The notes beneath the pieces were generated by a model, which had not been told where the DNA came from, searched no databases, and worked only from the letters and a program-made list of their open reading frames with translations. Made by a program: the position numbers and the translations under genes. A DNA stretch of 64,000 nt from Phyllobates terribilis (taxonomy: Eukaryota): NCBI RefSeq assembly GCF_046119375.1, contig NW_027362765.1, positions 151,404,001 to 151,468,000 of the forward strand, given 5' to 3'. Below, in pieces: positions 13,095 to 24,019 of the stretch; within the stretch, counting starts at the first letter, position 1, and each line of letters opens with the position of its first letter.

Positions 13095-13200
13095 TTATCC
13101 TGATGAAGAAGTTGGGTAAAACTTTGAAACGCATTGATTTTAACTTGTAACGGACAAAAATTTAATAAAAAGATTTTAAATCTTTTATTGGAACCAGTTC
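13095..13200 (+). other. Degenerate hammerhead-like motif followed by AATAAA; probable Penelope-like pLTR remnant
   Basis: CTGATGA (13100-13106)-A-GAAGTT(gggtaa)AACTTT-GAAAC-gcattg. Confidence 0.45.
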
Positions 13201-13331
13201 GTATGTCTTTTCCACGTGGACAGCCGGCAACGCAGACAAAACAGTTTGTACTCTGTCGTATTGTTACAATCTTTAGAGGTTGTTCACACGTAACCTTGTT
13301 GATGAGTTTTGTTTTTTGCTTGAAAAATTAA

Positions 13332-13578
13332 GACTATGGCCAAAAAATTACATGCATTTGTTGGTGCTAAGAAAAAAACTGCAGTAAAATGCTAAAAGAA
13401 TTGACATGCTGATGTTTTTTTAAGAAACGTAGCACAGGTCAAAAATTTCAAAGGAAAAAATGCACTGTGTGAATGAGATTTTAGAAATCTCATTCCTTTT
13501 GCATTCTACTGTTAAACATTGCGTTTTTTTTCCGATATGAAAAGAAATGCTTCAGGGCTACTACATGTGAACAAGCCC
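13332..13578. mobile_element. Harbinger-type MITE
   Basis: TAA/TAA TSD, degenerate termini. Confidence 0.5.
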
Positions 13579-13675
13579 TAATTTCTAAGAAAAAAAATAG
13601 TTCTACTAATCCAATACATTAAGATCGGGCATTTTGGCTCATCCCTATTTCACAGTTTACAGGTTTCTACCCCAA

Positions 13676-15400
13676 CATCCTGTCAAAGACTTTGTAGAGT
13701 TGGTCCCTCAACGAAGAGCTTAATCTCTGATGTCTATAATATTTTACAAAACCCCGATGGAAATTCCTTGACCAGGCATTTATATATGCTTAAATGGGAA
13801 AGTTATTTGGGTAGAACTCTAAGCGATGCTTGGAGATTTGTATGGTCGAGAGCAGCCATTTTGGCATCTTGTATCACTTAAAAGAAGCAATACACAATCC
13901 TCCAATCCTGGTACCACACTTCTGAGTGTCTACATAAATTAGATCCATCTATTTCCCCCTTGTGTTGGAGATGTGCCTTCTAAAAGGATCTATATTCCAT
14001 CTATTCTGGGACTGCTCCCTGATAAGACCATTCTGGACAAATGTATAAACTTTGATTAAACACAGGTCTTTGATTTAGACCTATCATTAGATCCCCAACA
14101 CTTTTTACTCAATATTTTCCTGCAAAATATATCTAAAAGAACCATTACATTCTGTGCCCACTATGCGTTTTTTTAAGCGTTTCCGCAGCGGCAATTCCGT
14201 AGCAGAAACTCTTAAAAACGCTTGGTAGAAGGCCTGCCATGTTCCCCAATGATAATCCGCATGTGCTGTGCATATGCTGCGGAAATTTCCGCTGCAGATT
14301 ATCATTGCGGAAAAATCCGCAGCACTACCTATTATTTAGCGTAATTGCGGAGTTTTCGCCGCCATTGACTTGCATTGAATTGCTTAATATCCGCATCACT
14401 ACATGTGCACATGCGGATATTAAGCGATTCAATGTGCGGATGGTACCCGGGTCTGGAGAATAATATTATTACACCGCTGACGTCGGCGGTCGCCTGACCT
14501 GTCACATGACTAAATGACGTCATGGAAGGTCCTTTCACACCTCCGCAAGCCGTACAAGAGACCGGATGCAGTGGAGTAAAGACCGGGGGCCATCAGAAGG
14601 TAAGTATAATGTTTTTTTTTTTTTTACCATTTTTAATCTTTTTTTCAACTATTAACTTGGCTACATGATATAAATCCATGCCGGTTGCATGGATTTATAT
14701 AGTGTGACCAAGTTGACAAGCACTTTCCAAGTGATGCTAAAATCGCTTGGAAAACGCTTGACAACCCGCATGCAGAAATGCATGTGAAAAACGCTTCACA
14801 TCCGCATGTCCCTGGCAGGAAAAACGCATGTACAATCCGCATGTACAAGCCGCATGTACAATCCGCATGCGTTTTTTTCTGCCAGGGAGATGCAGAAACG
14901 CTCAGGAAAAATCCAGAGCATTTCTGCATCGTGGGCACATAGACTTTAGAGTCCTCTTACATAGACTCCTCTTACACATATTGATATCTGCAAGACACGA
15001 CACTAAGATCAAAGATATCAGAAACTTTGAATGTTCCACTGCTCTTAATGATGAAACGGTCGAGAGATTCAACCTCATTTGGTCCCCATGGGACATCTTT
15101 TGGATACTTCTGAATATTTAGAAACCTTACTTGTTAGGTCATATATCCCCTGCCACCCTTCAACGCCTAACACCTTTACTCTTCACCTTATCCCCCTGTC
15201 TTTTGCACGTATGTATCACCCTTTATTTTTTAGTTTGTTATACATTTTATTTGAATATCACCATGATATGTTGCATCTATACCACAAAGCTGATTTACTC
15301 TGTTTTCATTGTAATCAGCTAATCTTTCTTTTTTCGAGTCCGTTACTTGTTGAACATGAAAATCTTTCAATACAAATTACAATTATTAAAAAAAAAACAA
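13676..15400 (+). mobile_element. L1-clade LINE 3' fragment (ORF2 C-terminus plus poly-A), interrupted by a MITE
   Basis: Decayed CWRC...GSIFHLFWDCSLIRPFW motif near 13960-14040, LLLHILISAR and RFNLIWSPW after the insert, A-tail near 15388-15398. Confidence 0.7.
14147..14946 (-). mobile_element. Harbinger-type family C (copy 2) inserted into the L1
   Basis: Reverse-complement homolog of 8997-9864; L1 reading resumes across it. Confidence 0.75.
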
Positions 15401-16042
15401 CAACCTCTGCTTCAATATTTAACTAGCTAAAATATGGTCATTCGAAGGTTTTGGTGGATATCCTCTTTAAGATGAAATATGCCTGGTCATTTAGGGGTTA
15501 GCACGCAGTCTTACTGGTTGCTAGAGGTTACAACACATTTGTGCTATGTACAACATGATCCGGACTAGGTCTTTTAATGCCTTCAATGTTTTAGCAGTAG
15601 AGGGGAGAAAATAAACAGCTGTCTTGAGAGACAAATGGACTGGATGGGTGATGGGGTTACAGTTGTCTTCTTGTTTTTTTGCTCTATATTTTCCCAGGCC
15701 TTTTTCACAAGTTGGGAAGAAAGTCTCCACCTCCTACATGAATGCTGCCTGTCTGTACTCTGCAACATTCACACTGTCCTAATGGCAAACACTTTCTCTC
15801 CAGCTTTCACTTATATTTCCCCTTGTGTGGAATGACACTATACCGTCTATAAAGTCATATGGGAGTGCGCTGTTCCAGGTTATGTCTCCATCAGACAACT
15901 CCAAAAATACCATATGTGTGCTGCAGGTATGAGGCATGCGTGCTGGTAAATATCAATGGCGTCAGGCACCAAGCCCTATGGAGATTGCTATGCCTGACTA
16001 TAAGCTCTCACGATACAATACAATGAGATCTAGAATAAATAA

Positions 16043-17097
16043 TGACGCGCCCCCTGGGCCTGTGTTGTGTAGCGTTGCGCACGCGGGGAATACCCGGAGC
16101 CGGATCTGTCGGGGTTAGTAGTCCTCGTGGCGGTGACCCGGTCCGTGCCCAGGGTGTCAAACTAAGTGGCGGAATTTAGCAGAAGATGTTATAGTGTTCG
16201 ACTACGCCACCCGTTGAATGCGGTTATGAAGCCGCCGCTGCAGGGCAGACCGCTGAGGCCGGTGGTACAGTTGTGCAGCGTGGGTAGTATAACCCCCAAC
16301 GGGAGGGGTATGGCCTCAGGGCAGCAGACGTGGATGATGGGGATAGCAGAATTGCACGCAGGCACCAGGAACCACTCAGAGACGGTGCGGTGTAGTTCAG
16401 GGTCTTTACTGGTGGCAAAGGTAGACCCTCCCGGGAGTACTGGCTAGCGATCGGGGCCTGGTCAGTCCGTGAGCAGATAGGATCTCCCCCGGCCAGGCGG
16501 AGTTGTAGGCCTCCTCAACTAATTGTACTCTTCCTGGCTACCTTGCTAGAAGCGGGTAAAAGTAGCCCACGTGCCTGAGTGTACCGTGTGGTGCTCACCC
16601 GTATGGCCGGTGACTCGGGGCCTTCTGGTAGCCTCCGCTCCACGACGGCGGTGCTGGTCCCTTGCGTGTGACCGTGCCTTCGGGTTTCTTGGCCAGAGGA
16701 CCTGAAATCCCCTGCCGGACGGTTTCTGCTGCTGGGTATGGAACAGTCCCCACAGCCTCGGACTCCGTGTCCGGTGAGATCTCTTCAGTCAGGACGAGCT
16801 CTACAGCTTCCAGTCCTGGACCCCTTTTATCACTGCTCCCACAGAGCTCCTGATCTTGCTCTCCCTGCATCTGCTCCACTCCAGACCAGACTGTGTCTCT
16901 GTCTGGGACTCCTCTTCTTCTCTTCTTTTTTTCTACCTAACCCCACCTCAGCCCCAGTTTATATAGGGGAAGTTCTTCCCCTCCCAGGACTGGGCAGGAG
17001 GTGTGGCATGCTTAGGGTTCCTGACCAGGAGACCTCCCACCTGCTCACAGACGTAATATTGCTATTACTGTGGTAACCAGAACCCTGGGGTGCCACA
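16043..17097 (-). mobile_element. Solo LTR of the Gypsy family at 52501-60577
   Basis: Minus strand starts TGTGGCACCCCAGGG and ends GGCCCAGGGGGCGCGTCA like the provirus LTRs; AATAA on both flanks. Confidence 0.9.
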
Positions 17098-17192
17098 AAT
17101 AACATATACGTTATTTTCAATGCTTTCATTTTTGTGTTAAATAGCAGCCTACAGGCCACAGACAGTATACTGACATTGCTTCATTCTCTTAA

Positions 17193-17599
17193 GACCGGGG
17201 TCACATCAGCGTATAGCATCGGATGCGATATGCTAAGGACACTCGGCTCAAACTCTGCTGCGAGCGTAAGCCGAGTGTCAGGCTACTGTGATCCGATCCT
17301 CTCGCATGCGAGAATTCGATCACAGGTGAGGAGAAGGAGAGATTAAACACTCCATCTTCTCCATCGTCTGTCTCGGCGTATATCGGACTGTACTCAGATG
17401 ATATCCGAGTGCAGTCAGATGTTTTGCACGCACCCATAGACTTGAATGGGTGCGCACCGTGCAAGATACGCTGCAGAATTGGCATCAGAAAAAAAAATCA
17501 CAGATCTGCTCTGCCTCATTGAATAACACTGGTCAGAGTGCAAGCAGAGATGTTCTCACATTGCACTCCTCCGTATTATATGCTAGTGTGAGCGAGCCC
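17193..17599. mobile_element. Harbinger-type MITE
   Basis: g(a)ccggggtcaca / tgtgagcgagccc termini, TWA flanks, atccg/cggat repeats. Confidence 0.6.
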
Positions 17600-17666
17600 T
17601 TATTGTAGTGATCGGTGGGTGCTCCAGACTTCTTAGGGGCCATAAACAAGTTGTTTTTTATCTTAA

Positions 17667-18067
17667 AGCACCACTCCAGCATTTTGTTTTTTTTTCAGTG
17701 CTGGAATAGTGCTTTAAATGTAAGGCCCCCGGCCCCCATTTTTATACTCACCTTCCGGCAGATTCACCTTTTACCGAGGCCGCTCCGGTCCCGAGGCGCC
17801 ATCTTGTGCCCGTAACTTCTGGCTGGCTAGAAGTTATGTCACAAGAGCTCAATGCAAGTCTATGAGAGCCAGAACGAGATGTCTTGAAAAGTGACCTCTG
17901 GTGCGCTCCATGAAACACTGGAGCTGCCGTCAGGTCACTTTTCGCCGGAGGCGGAGGTTGGAAAAAAAAGGAAGATGGCCACAGGTGAGTATCAGACAGG
18001 GGGGCAGAGAATTTACATTTAAAGCACCACTCCAGCGGTGCAATAAACAAAATGCTGGAGTGGTGCT
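17667..18067. mobile_element. Kolobok/T2-type MITE
   Basis: Perfect agcaccactccagc / gctggagtggtgct TIRs, TTAA/TTAA TSD. Confidence 0.8.
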
Positions 18068-18739
18068 TTAATGACGCTGTGTACGGTATATTCACATGTA
18101 TGTATTATGCTATGAGTTTTCCATTATTGAAGTGTGTGCGGAAAATCCACAGTAAACTGCAGTATCAGCAATGTTGATGAAATTTTACAAAGCCCCATAC
18201 TCACGCTGTAGAATCCAGAGCACGTCAATTCATGCTGCAGATTTTCATTGTGCATTATAAAGGGCGAAAGCTGCAGAATTTCTGCAGTAGAATTTGCAAA
18301 AAAAACCTTTTAAATTTCCAAAACTTTTCCACAGGCTGTTAATTTTCTGCAGTTTATCAGTGCGTGTGTGTGTGTGAACTTATCCTTCAGCTTTATGGGT
18401 TATTTTTTTTCTTGTTGTATACCTTTGCCTAGCGCCTAAAAACAATCTTGTACAATAAATCAAACCCAGAGCAGGATTTCAAGCCTCTGTATCTTTGTTC
18501 ATTGTGCTCAGCATTCAGCAGACATGTGACTATGGAATGGAATTAGGATTCCCGAGACACTAAACACTGGGGCCCGGCTGCTGCAATGAGTCATGTTACC
18601 TGAAGCAGAAAAGCATCGCCTTGCTCTCCAGCCACTTACTGATCCACATATGTAGAAGAAAAAAAAACAGCAACTTACAAACCAAAATAAGTTTATTAAT
18701 CGTTGATCAAACATAGAGCAAATCACCATCTTCAGCTTA

Positions 18740-19490
18740 TATAAAACATTTCTCTTGTACTAGGAAACAAATCAGGAAAATATAGAACATTGAATTTACC
18801 AAATACAAGGTCAAAGTCAACGAGAGTAAGGCAGGATTCATACCAGGTTGGGGGTGAACATCTGCCCCATATACAAGGCAATCAAATACGTCCATAGGCT
18901 ATCACTAACCAGACATATGCCCAAAGACTGTTTTATGATTCCGACTAATGAAAAGGTAAAATAAAGTGAACCAACCTTCCTAACATTGTAATCTTAGATG
19001 TAGGTTACAAAGTATATGAATAGTAGATGCAGCTCCTTGACAATCAATTCACGAAGAAACCATCTGTCAAACAACTAGTGGAATTTAGAAAAATCCTGTC
19101 CACTTTTGGCAGCCACATGTATTAGGCCAGCATGGCAACCAGCAGCTCTGCTTGAGTCTGAATGATTGCATTTATTTCTGACTTGTCGCCACATGAAGGA
19201 CGGTATGGCATAAGCACCTACGTGGGTAGAGCTGTAGCTATGACAGGCAGCTAAAGAGCCCATCAGTAAGAGGGGGTGACTTGTTAGACTCCCTTGCTCC
19301 TTTTCATGAGGGTTTCCTATTGTCCTATCTCAGGTGGATCGATTAAAGACACAAATGGCTTTCTTTAGGTTACATTGGCTTTATGGTGACCTGAGGGGAA
19401 AGGTTTTGTTCTCTGATATGAGACACCTGTTGTCAGTGATCGTAAATCTAAACTGGCTGTTTGCATCATGGTCTCTTGCTGTTCTACGCT
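18740..19490 (-). mobile_element. Probable old L1/Tx1 ORF2 C-terminal fragment
   Basis: Weak minus-strand remnants (IPSFMWRQV, LIHVAAK, LFDRW) resembling the L1 C-terminal region. Confidence 0.35.
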
Positions 19491-19766
19491 AAACACATCG
19501 GCACAACTAAGCAAACTGCTATAGAAAATTGCACAAAATGTATTGGGAAGGCCCCCTAATAATAAAGTACGCCTGCTCTATTTTTTTTTATACCCGCTGG
19601 TCCCCTAAAATATTACGTTTTGTTTTTCCTAAATCAGATATACGGATCCGGAGACATGGACCTTTATATTTAGTGCTAACTTTTATGTTCTTTACCAAAT
19701 GGACTGTGATCTCAGGGTAATAATGAAGAGCAGTCTGAAGACGCCCCCAGAGTCCTGTTAACCATG

Positions 19767-19902
19767 NNNNNNNNNNNNNNNNNNNNNNNNNNNNNNNNNN
19801 NNNNNNNNNNNNNNNNNNNNNNNNNNNNNNNNNNNNNNNNNNNNNNNNNNNNNNNNNNNNNNNNNNNNNNNNNNNNNNNNNNNNNNNNNNNNNNNNNNNN
19901 NN
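19767..19902. other. Assembly gap (136 N)
   Basis: Run of N. Confidence 1.
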
Positions 19903-20010
19903 AATGGCGCAGATCTCTGGAACCGTATGGAAAAATAAAAACTAAACAAAAAATAACTAATAAAATAAGAGAAAAAACTGCCCACTTTTGACCTTGTAAC
20001 AGGTCTTTAA

Positions 20011-20370
20011 AGAGATGTCTACTACTTTTTCATTGATGATCTATCCTTCGGATAGGTCGGGTCCGACACCCAGCACCGCCTGCCAATCAGCTGTTCTCGG
20101 TTTCAGCCGGAACTACTCGACTGCGGAGCTGCTCCGTCTTCTTATAGTGGCCGTGGCCAGGTACTGCACATACGACTCCTATTCAAATCAATAGGAGGCG
20201 GATGTGTAGTACCCTGCCGCGGACACTATCAGAAGACGAAGCAGCTCCGCAATCGAGCAGTTCCTGCCAGCGGCTGCCAACACCGAGAACAGCTGATCAG
20301 TGTGGAAGCCGGGTGTCGGACCCCGATTAATCAGACATTGGTCATCAAGAAAAAGTAGTGGACAAACTCT
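20011..20370. mobile_element. Kolobok/T2-type MITE
   Basis: agagatgtctactacttt / aaagtagtggacaaactct termini, TTAA on the left. Confidence 0.65.
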
Positions 20371-20569
20371 TTAGTAAATATGACTACAGATTTGAGACCA
20401 TACCTGATCGATTTGAAACCATGCTCACTCATGTGTCACAAACATTTATTTTTTTGCCATTTTGGTACATACAATTTCTGACTCTTTTTTTTTCCACAGC
20501 TTACACCAAAGCTTACACACTAGCACAGATACGTAGATACATTCTCCAGACATGCCAAAACAAAGAGTA

Positions 20570-22255
20570 AGGCTGTATACACACAATGAGTTTTTGGTGA
20601 ATTTTTGACGTTGCGTATTTTTGCTGTGTCATAAACGCAGCGTCTAAGGCTACGTTCCCATGACGAGTTTTTGGTGAGTTTTCTAAGCTGCATATTTTTG
20701 AAGAAATGCAAATAACCGATTTTATTTAATGGATGCAGAAAATTTGCAACATCAAAAACTCACCAAAGTAAGGTTACTTTCCCATGATGAGCTTTTGATC
20801 GTTTTTGATGTTGCAGAATTTCTGCACCTATTATTTAAATTAGGTTACTTGCATTTTTGTGTGCATTTTTTTAACATGCATTTTTATTGTGTTTTTAACA
20901 CTGTGTTTTTTGTCTCTGTTTGATGCAGCAAAAACTTTTGCAGCGTCAAAAACGCACTAAAAACTTATCGTGGGAACGTAGCCGTACAGTTCCAGCAAAG
21001 TGAATGGGATTTATCGAAATCTCATGCTCTCTGTGCTCTTTTTTTTACACAGAATAAACATCCGCAATATGTCAATTTCTCTTGCTGTTACACTGAGTTT
21101 TATGTGCTGATTTTCCCATAGACTTGTAATAGATGAGGGAAAAATGCACATGTGTTTTTAGTGCGTTTCCAACGTATATATACCGAAACGTATAAAAGAC
21201 ACATGTAATGCTACATTTACATACACTCTTTCCCCTCCTAATTCCCTCCCTTTGATATTTCTAATGCTACATTCCAATTTTGAGATTTTGGTGAGTTTTT
21301 GATGTAGCATCATTTGAGCACCTATTTTTGCTGCATCAAAAACGCAGCGTCTTACACTTCTTGCAAAGTGGATGGGATTTATAGAAATCTCCTGCCCGCT
21401 GTGCTTCTTTTAATGCTGCGTAAACTGACCTGCGGTGCTTTTTTCAAATTCTCAACATGTCAATTTCTCTTGCGGGTACGCTGAGTTTTCTGTGCAGATT
21501 TTCCCCATAGACTTACATTAGATGCTGAAAAAAGCAAAAAAACAAAGTATCAAAAATAAAGCAGCTTTATTTAAAGCATGACACACCAAAGAGAGACAAA
21601 AAACATAGTGTTAAAAACACAATAAAAGCACATGTTAAACAAATGCACACAAAAATGTAAACGAGGTTACTTGCATTTTTTCATTGCGTTTTTTTACAAT
21701 AGCTTTTATTGCGTTTTTGACACTGATTTTTGTCTCTTGTTGTGATGTCATGTTTAAACAAAATTGCTTTATTTTTGATTCTTCCTGGTATTTGGCTTTG
21801 ACAAAACTTTATTCATATAGTCATGTGCGGATTACATGCAGTTTTTACGTATTTTACGCATCTAATACAAATCTATTTGAAAAATCTGCATATAAAACTC
21901 AGCGTACTTGCAAGAGAAATTGACATGTTGCAGATTTGAAACACGCAACGCAGGTCAGTTTACACTGAGTAAAAACAAAAACGTAGATTTTTCCCCGGTG
22001 GAAACGCATATGATCCATACCTCAGTATTTCAGTAAAGTTTTGTCAAAGCCAAATACTAGGAAGCATAAAAAACAAAGAATGTTTATTTTAAAAATGAAA
22101 TAGCAACGAAACAAAAAAAAAGCAAAGTCAAAAACGCATGTAAAAATGCAATGAAAAAACGCAAGTATCCTAAATTACTTAATAAATGCAGAAATGCTAC
22201 AGAAAATCTGCAACATCAAAAACTCATCAAACGCTCATGATGGGAACCTAGGCTA
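20570..22255. mobile_element. Cluster of nested Harbinger-type MITEs
   Basis: ggctacgttccca / tgggaacgtagcc pairs (e.g. 20648-20984) and repeated aaaacgca/tgcgtttt arms. Confidence 0.6.
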
Positions 22256-22833
22256 ACTGGTGTAAATTAGGGGAATGTACGTATCTTGATGACTGACCTA
22301 GTCTGTTTTCTTTTCTCTGTGACTAGTGGCATAACTAATTCATGGTGAACGCGGCACGAACAGCTGTTCCTTACAGTAGACACACACTGGCAGTTTTTCA
22401 AATTGTTGACAGAGCAAAAATAGAACAAGTCCCATTTATGGCTGGACATCCTCTTACAATGGGGCTGCTGAGATGGTGACTAAAAACTCAGATGCTTTGC
22501 ACAAGATATTACCATCTGCTTCAAGAAGAACTAAAAAGTCTATTCACTTGTTTTTGTGAAGCTAAAATTGCATCAAAAATTGCATCGGGAAAACTGCACT
22601 GTACCCACATCAACAACCGCTCATAAACCACATGTGTTTTTGTAGAAGCAAATGCAGCGGTTTCTCCAGACACAAAGTCCGATTTGTGTTTTACAGTAGA
22701 AGCATTGGGGTCATTCCATGTCAAGTGAACCAATTAATTTTTCCTCTAGATTTTTAACTCTTTTGAGAGTTTGTTCTCTTGTAATAGTGTGTTAGAGAAT
22801 GCATAATGTGAAGAAAAAAGAATTATATATATA

Positions 22834-23525
22834 CAGGGTGGTCCAAAAGTAGGTGGACAGAAAGTGTAATAAGGTTATGAAGGGGGAGATTTATCAAACA
22901 TGGTGTAAAGTGAAACTGGCTCAGTTGCCCTTAGCAACCAACCAGATTCCACCTTTCATTTTCCAAAGGGCAACAGAGCCAGTTTCACAGATCTAGTTTT
23001 CACAGATAGATCTCCCCCAAATCTGTTTTCTTTTCAGATAATTCAGATAACACATAATGGCAAATAATTAAAATACAGATCAAAGAAAATGGATTTTAAC
23101 AGAGTATTGGAAATCTCAAAATGCTGAAACCGTTAGAGCAAATTGGGTTGAAACATTTGGTACTGAAGCCCCAAAGAGACAAACCATTTACCGCATTCGT
23201 GACAAATTCAATGCCACTGGCTCAATCCTTAATGCTCCAAAAACTGGTCGACCCAAAACAGTCTGTACAGAAGATAATAAACAACTTGTTGCTGAAACAT
23301 TTGTTCAGAGTCCAAAAAAGTCCACCAGAAGAGCCTCTTTGGAATTGGGAATTTCACGAGCTTCTATCATGCGAATCCTGAAATCTATTGGGTGGAAAGC
23401 TTATCGTCCACGTCTAATTCATGGTTTATTGGAGGATGATCCAGAAAGGCGGCTGCAATTTAGTGTTTGATAAATCTCCCCCTTCATAACCTTATTTCAC
23501 TCTCTCCACCTACTTTTGGACCACC

Positions 23526-23528
<3 letters not shown>
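22834..23528 (+). mobile_element. Internally deleted Tc1/mariner element, DD41D (rosa/Visitor)-like
   Basis: TIR cagggtggtccaaaagtaggtgga / tccacctacttttggaccaccctg, TA flanks; encodes only an N-terminal HTH region. Confidence 0.8.
23057..23464 (+). pseudogene. Transposase DNA-binding domain, truncated, stop at codon 5
   Basis: MANN*NTDQRKWILTEYWK...RIRDKFNATGSILNAPKTGRPKT...SPKKSTRRASLELGISRASIMRILK...LLEDDPERRLQF; no catalytic domain. Confidence 0.75.
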
Positions 23529-23597
<69 letters not shown>

Positions 23598-23600
23598 TTT
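23529..23600. repeat. (TA)n microsatellite followed by poly-T
   Basis: About 25 TA units, then a T run. Confidence 0.95.
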
Positions 23601-24019
23601 CTTATTTATTTTTTTTATACATTTTCAAAGTTTTGAAAAAATGTGAATTTCTGTGTTGCATGCCTTTACATTTCTGCTCATAACTCAGGCCAGAAACAGA
23701 GAAAACACCATTACGCTTTGAACTGTATAGGCTTTCACTTGATATGTCACAAGAAAATCTTTGTTAATATTTTACCCATGCAGACTGAAACGCAAAATTT
23801 TCAAAAGCATTTTCAAAAAAACTATATGATATAAAATTTTCAATAAATTCACATGTGCCTCCTATGCTCCTAGCCACATCTGTACCAAAATTCACATTGG
23901 GATCTCAAAGGGATCATACTTAAAAAATACCTATATGAACAGTGTCAATTTGAAAATCTTAGATTCAGATCTGCTCAGCCTGAGGTCTAAAAGTGTAGGG
24001 TCTATGATTTCCAAATAAA

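Noticed and set aside
19758-19991. ORFs spanning the N run
   Set aside because: Artefact of the assembly gap
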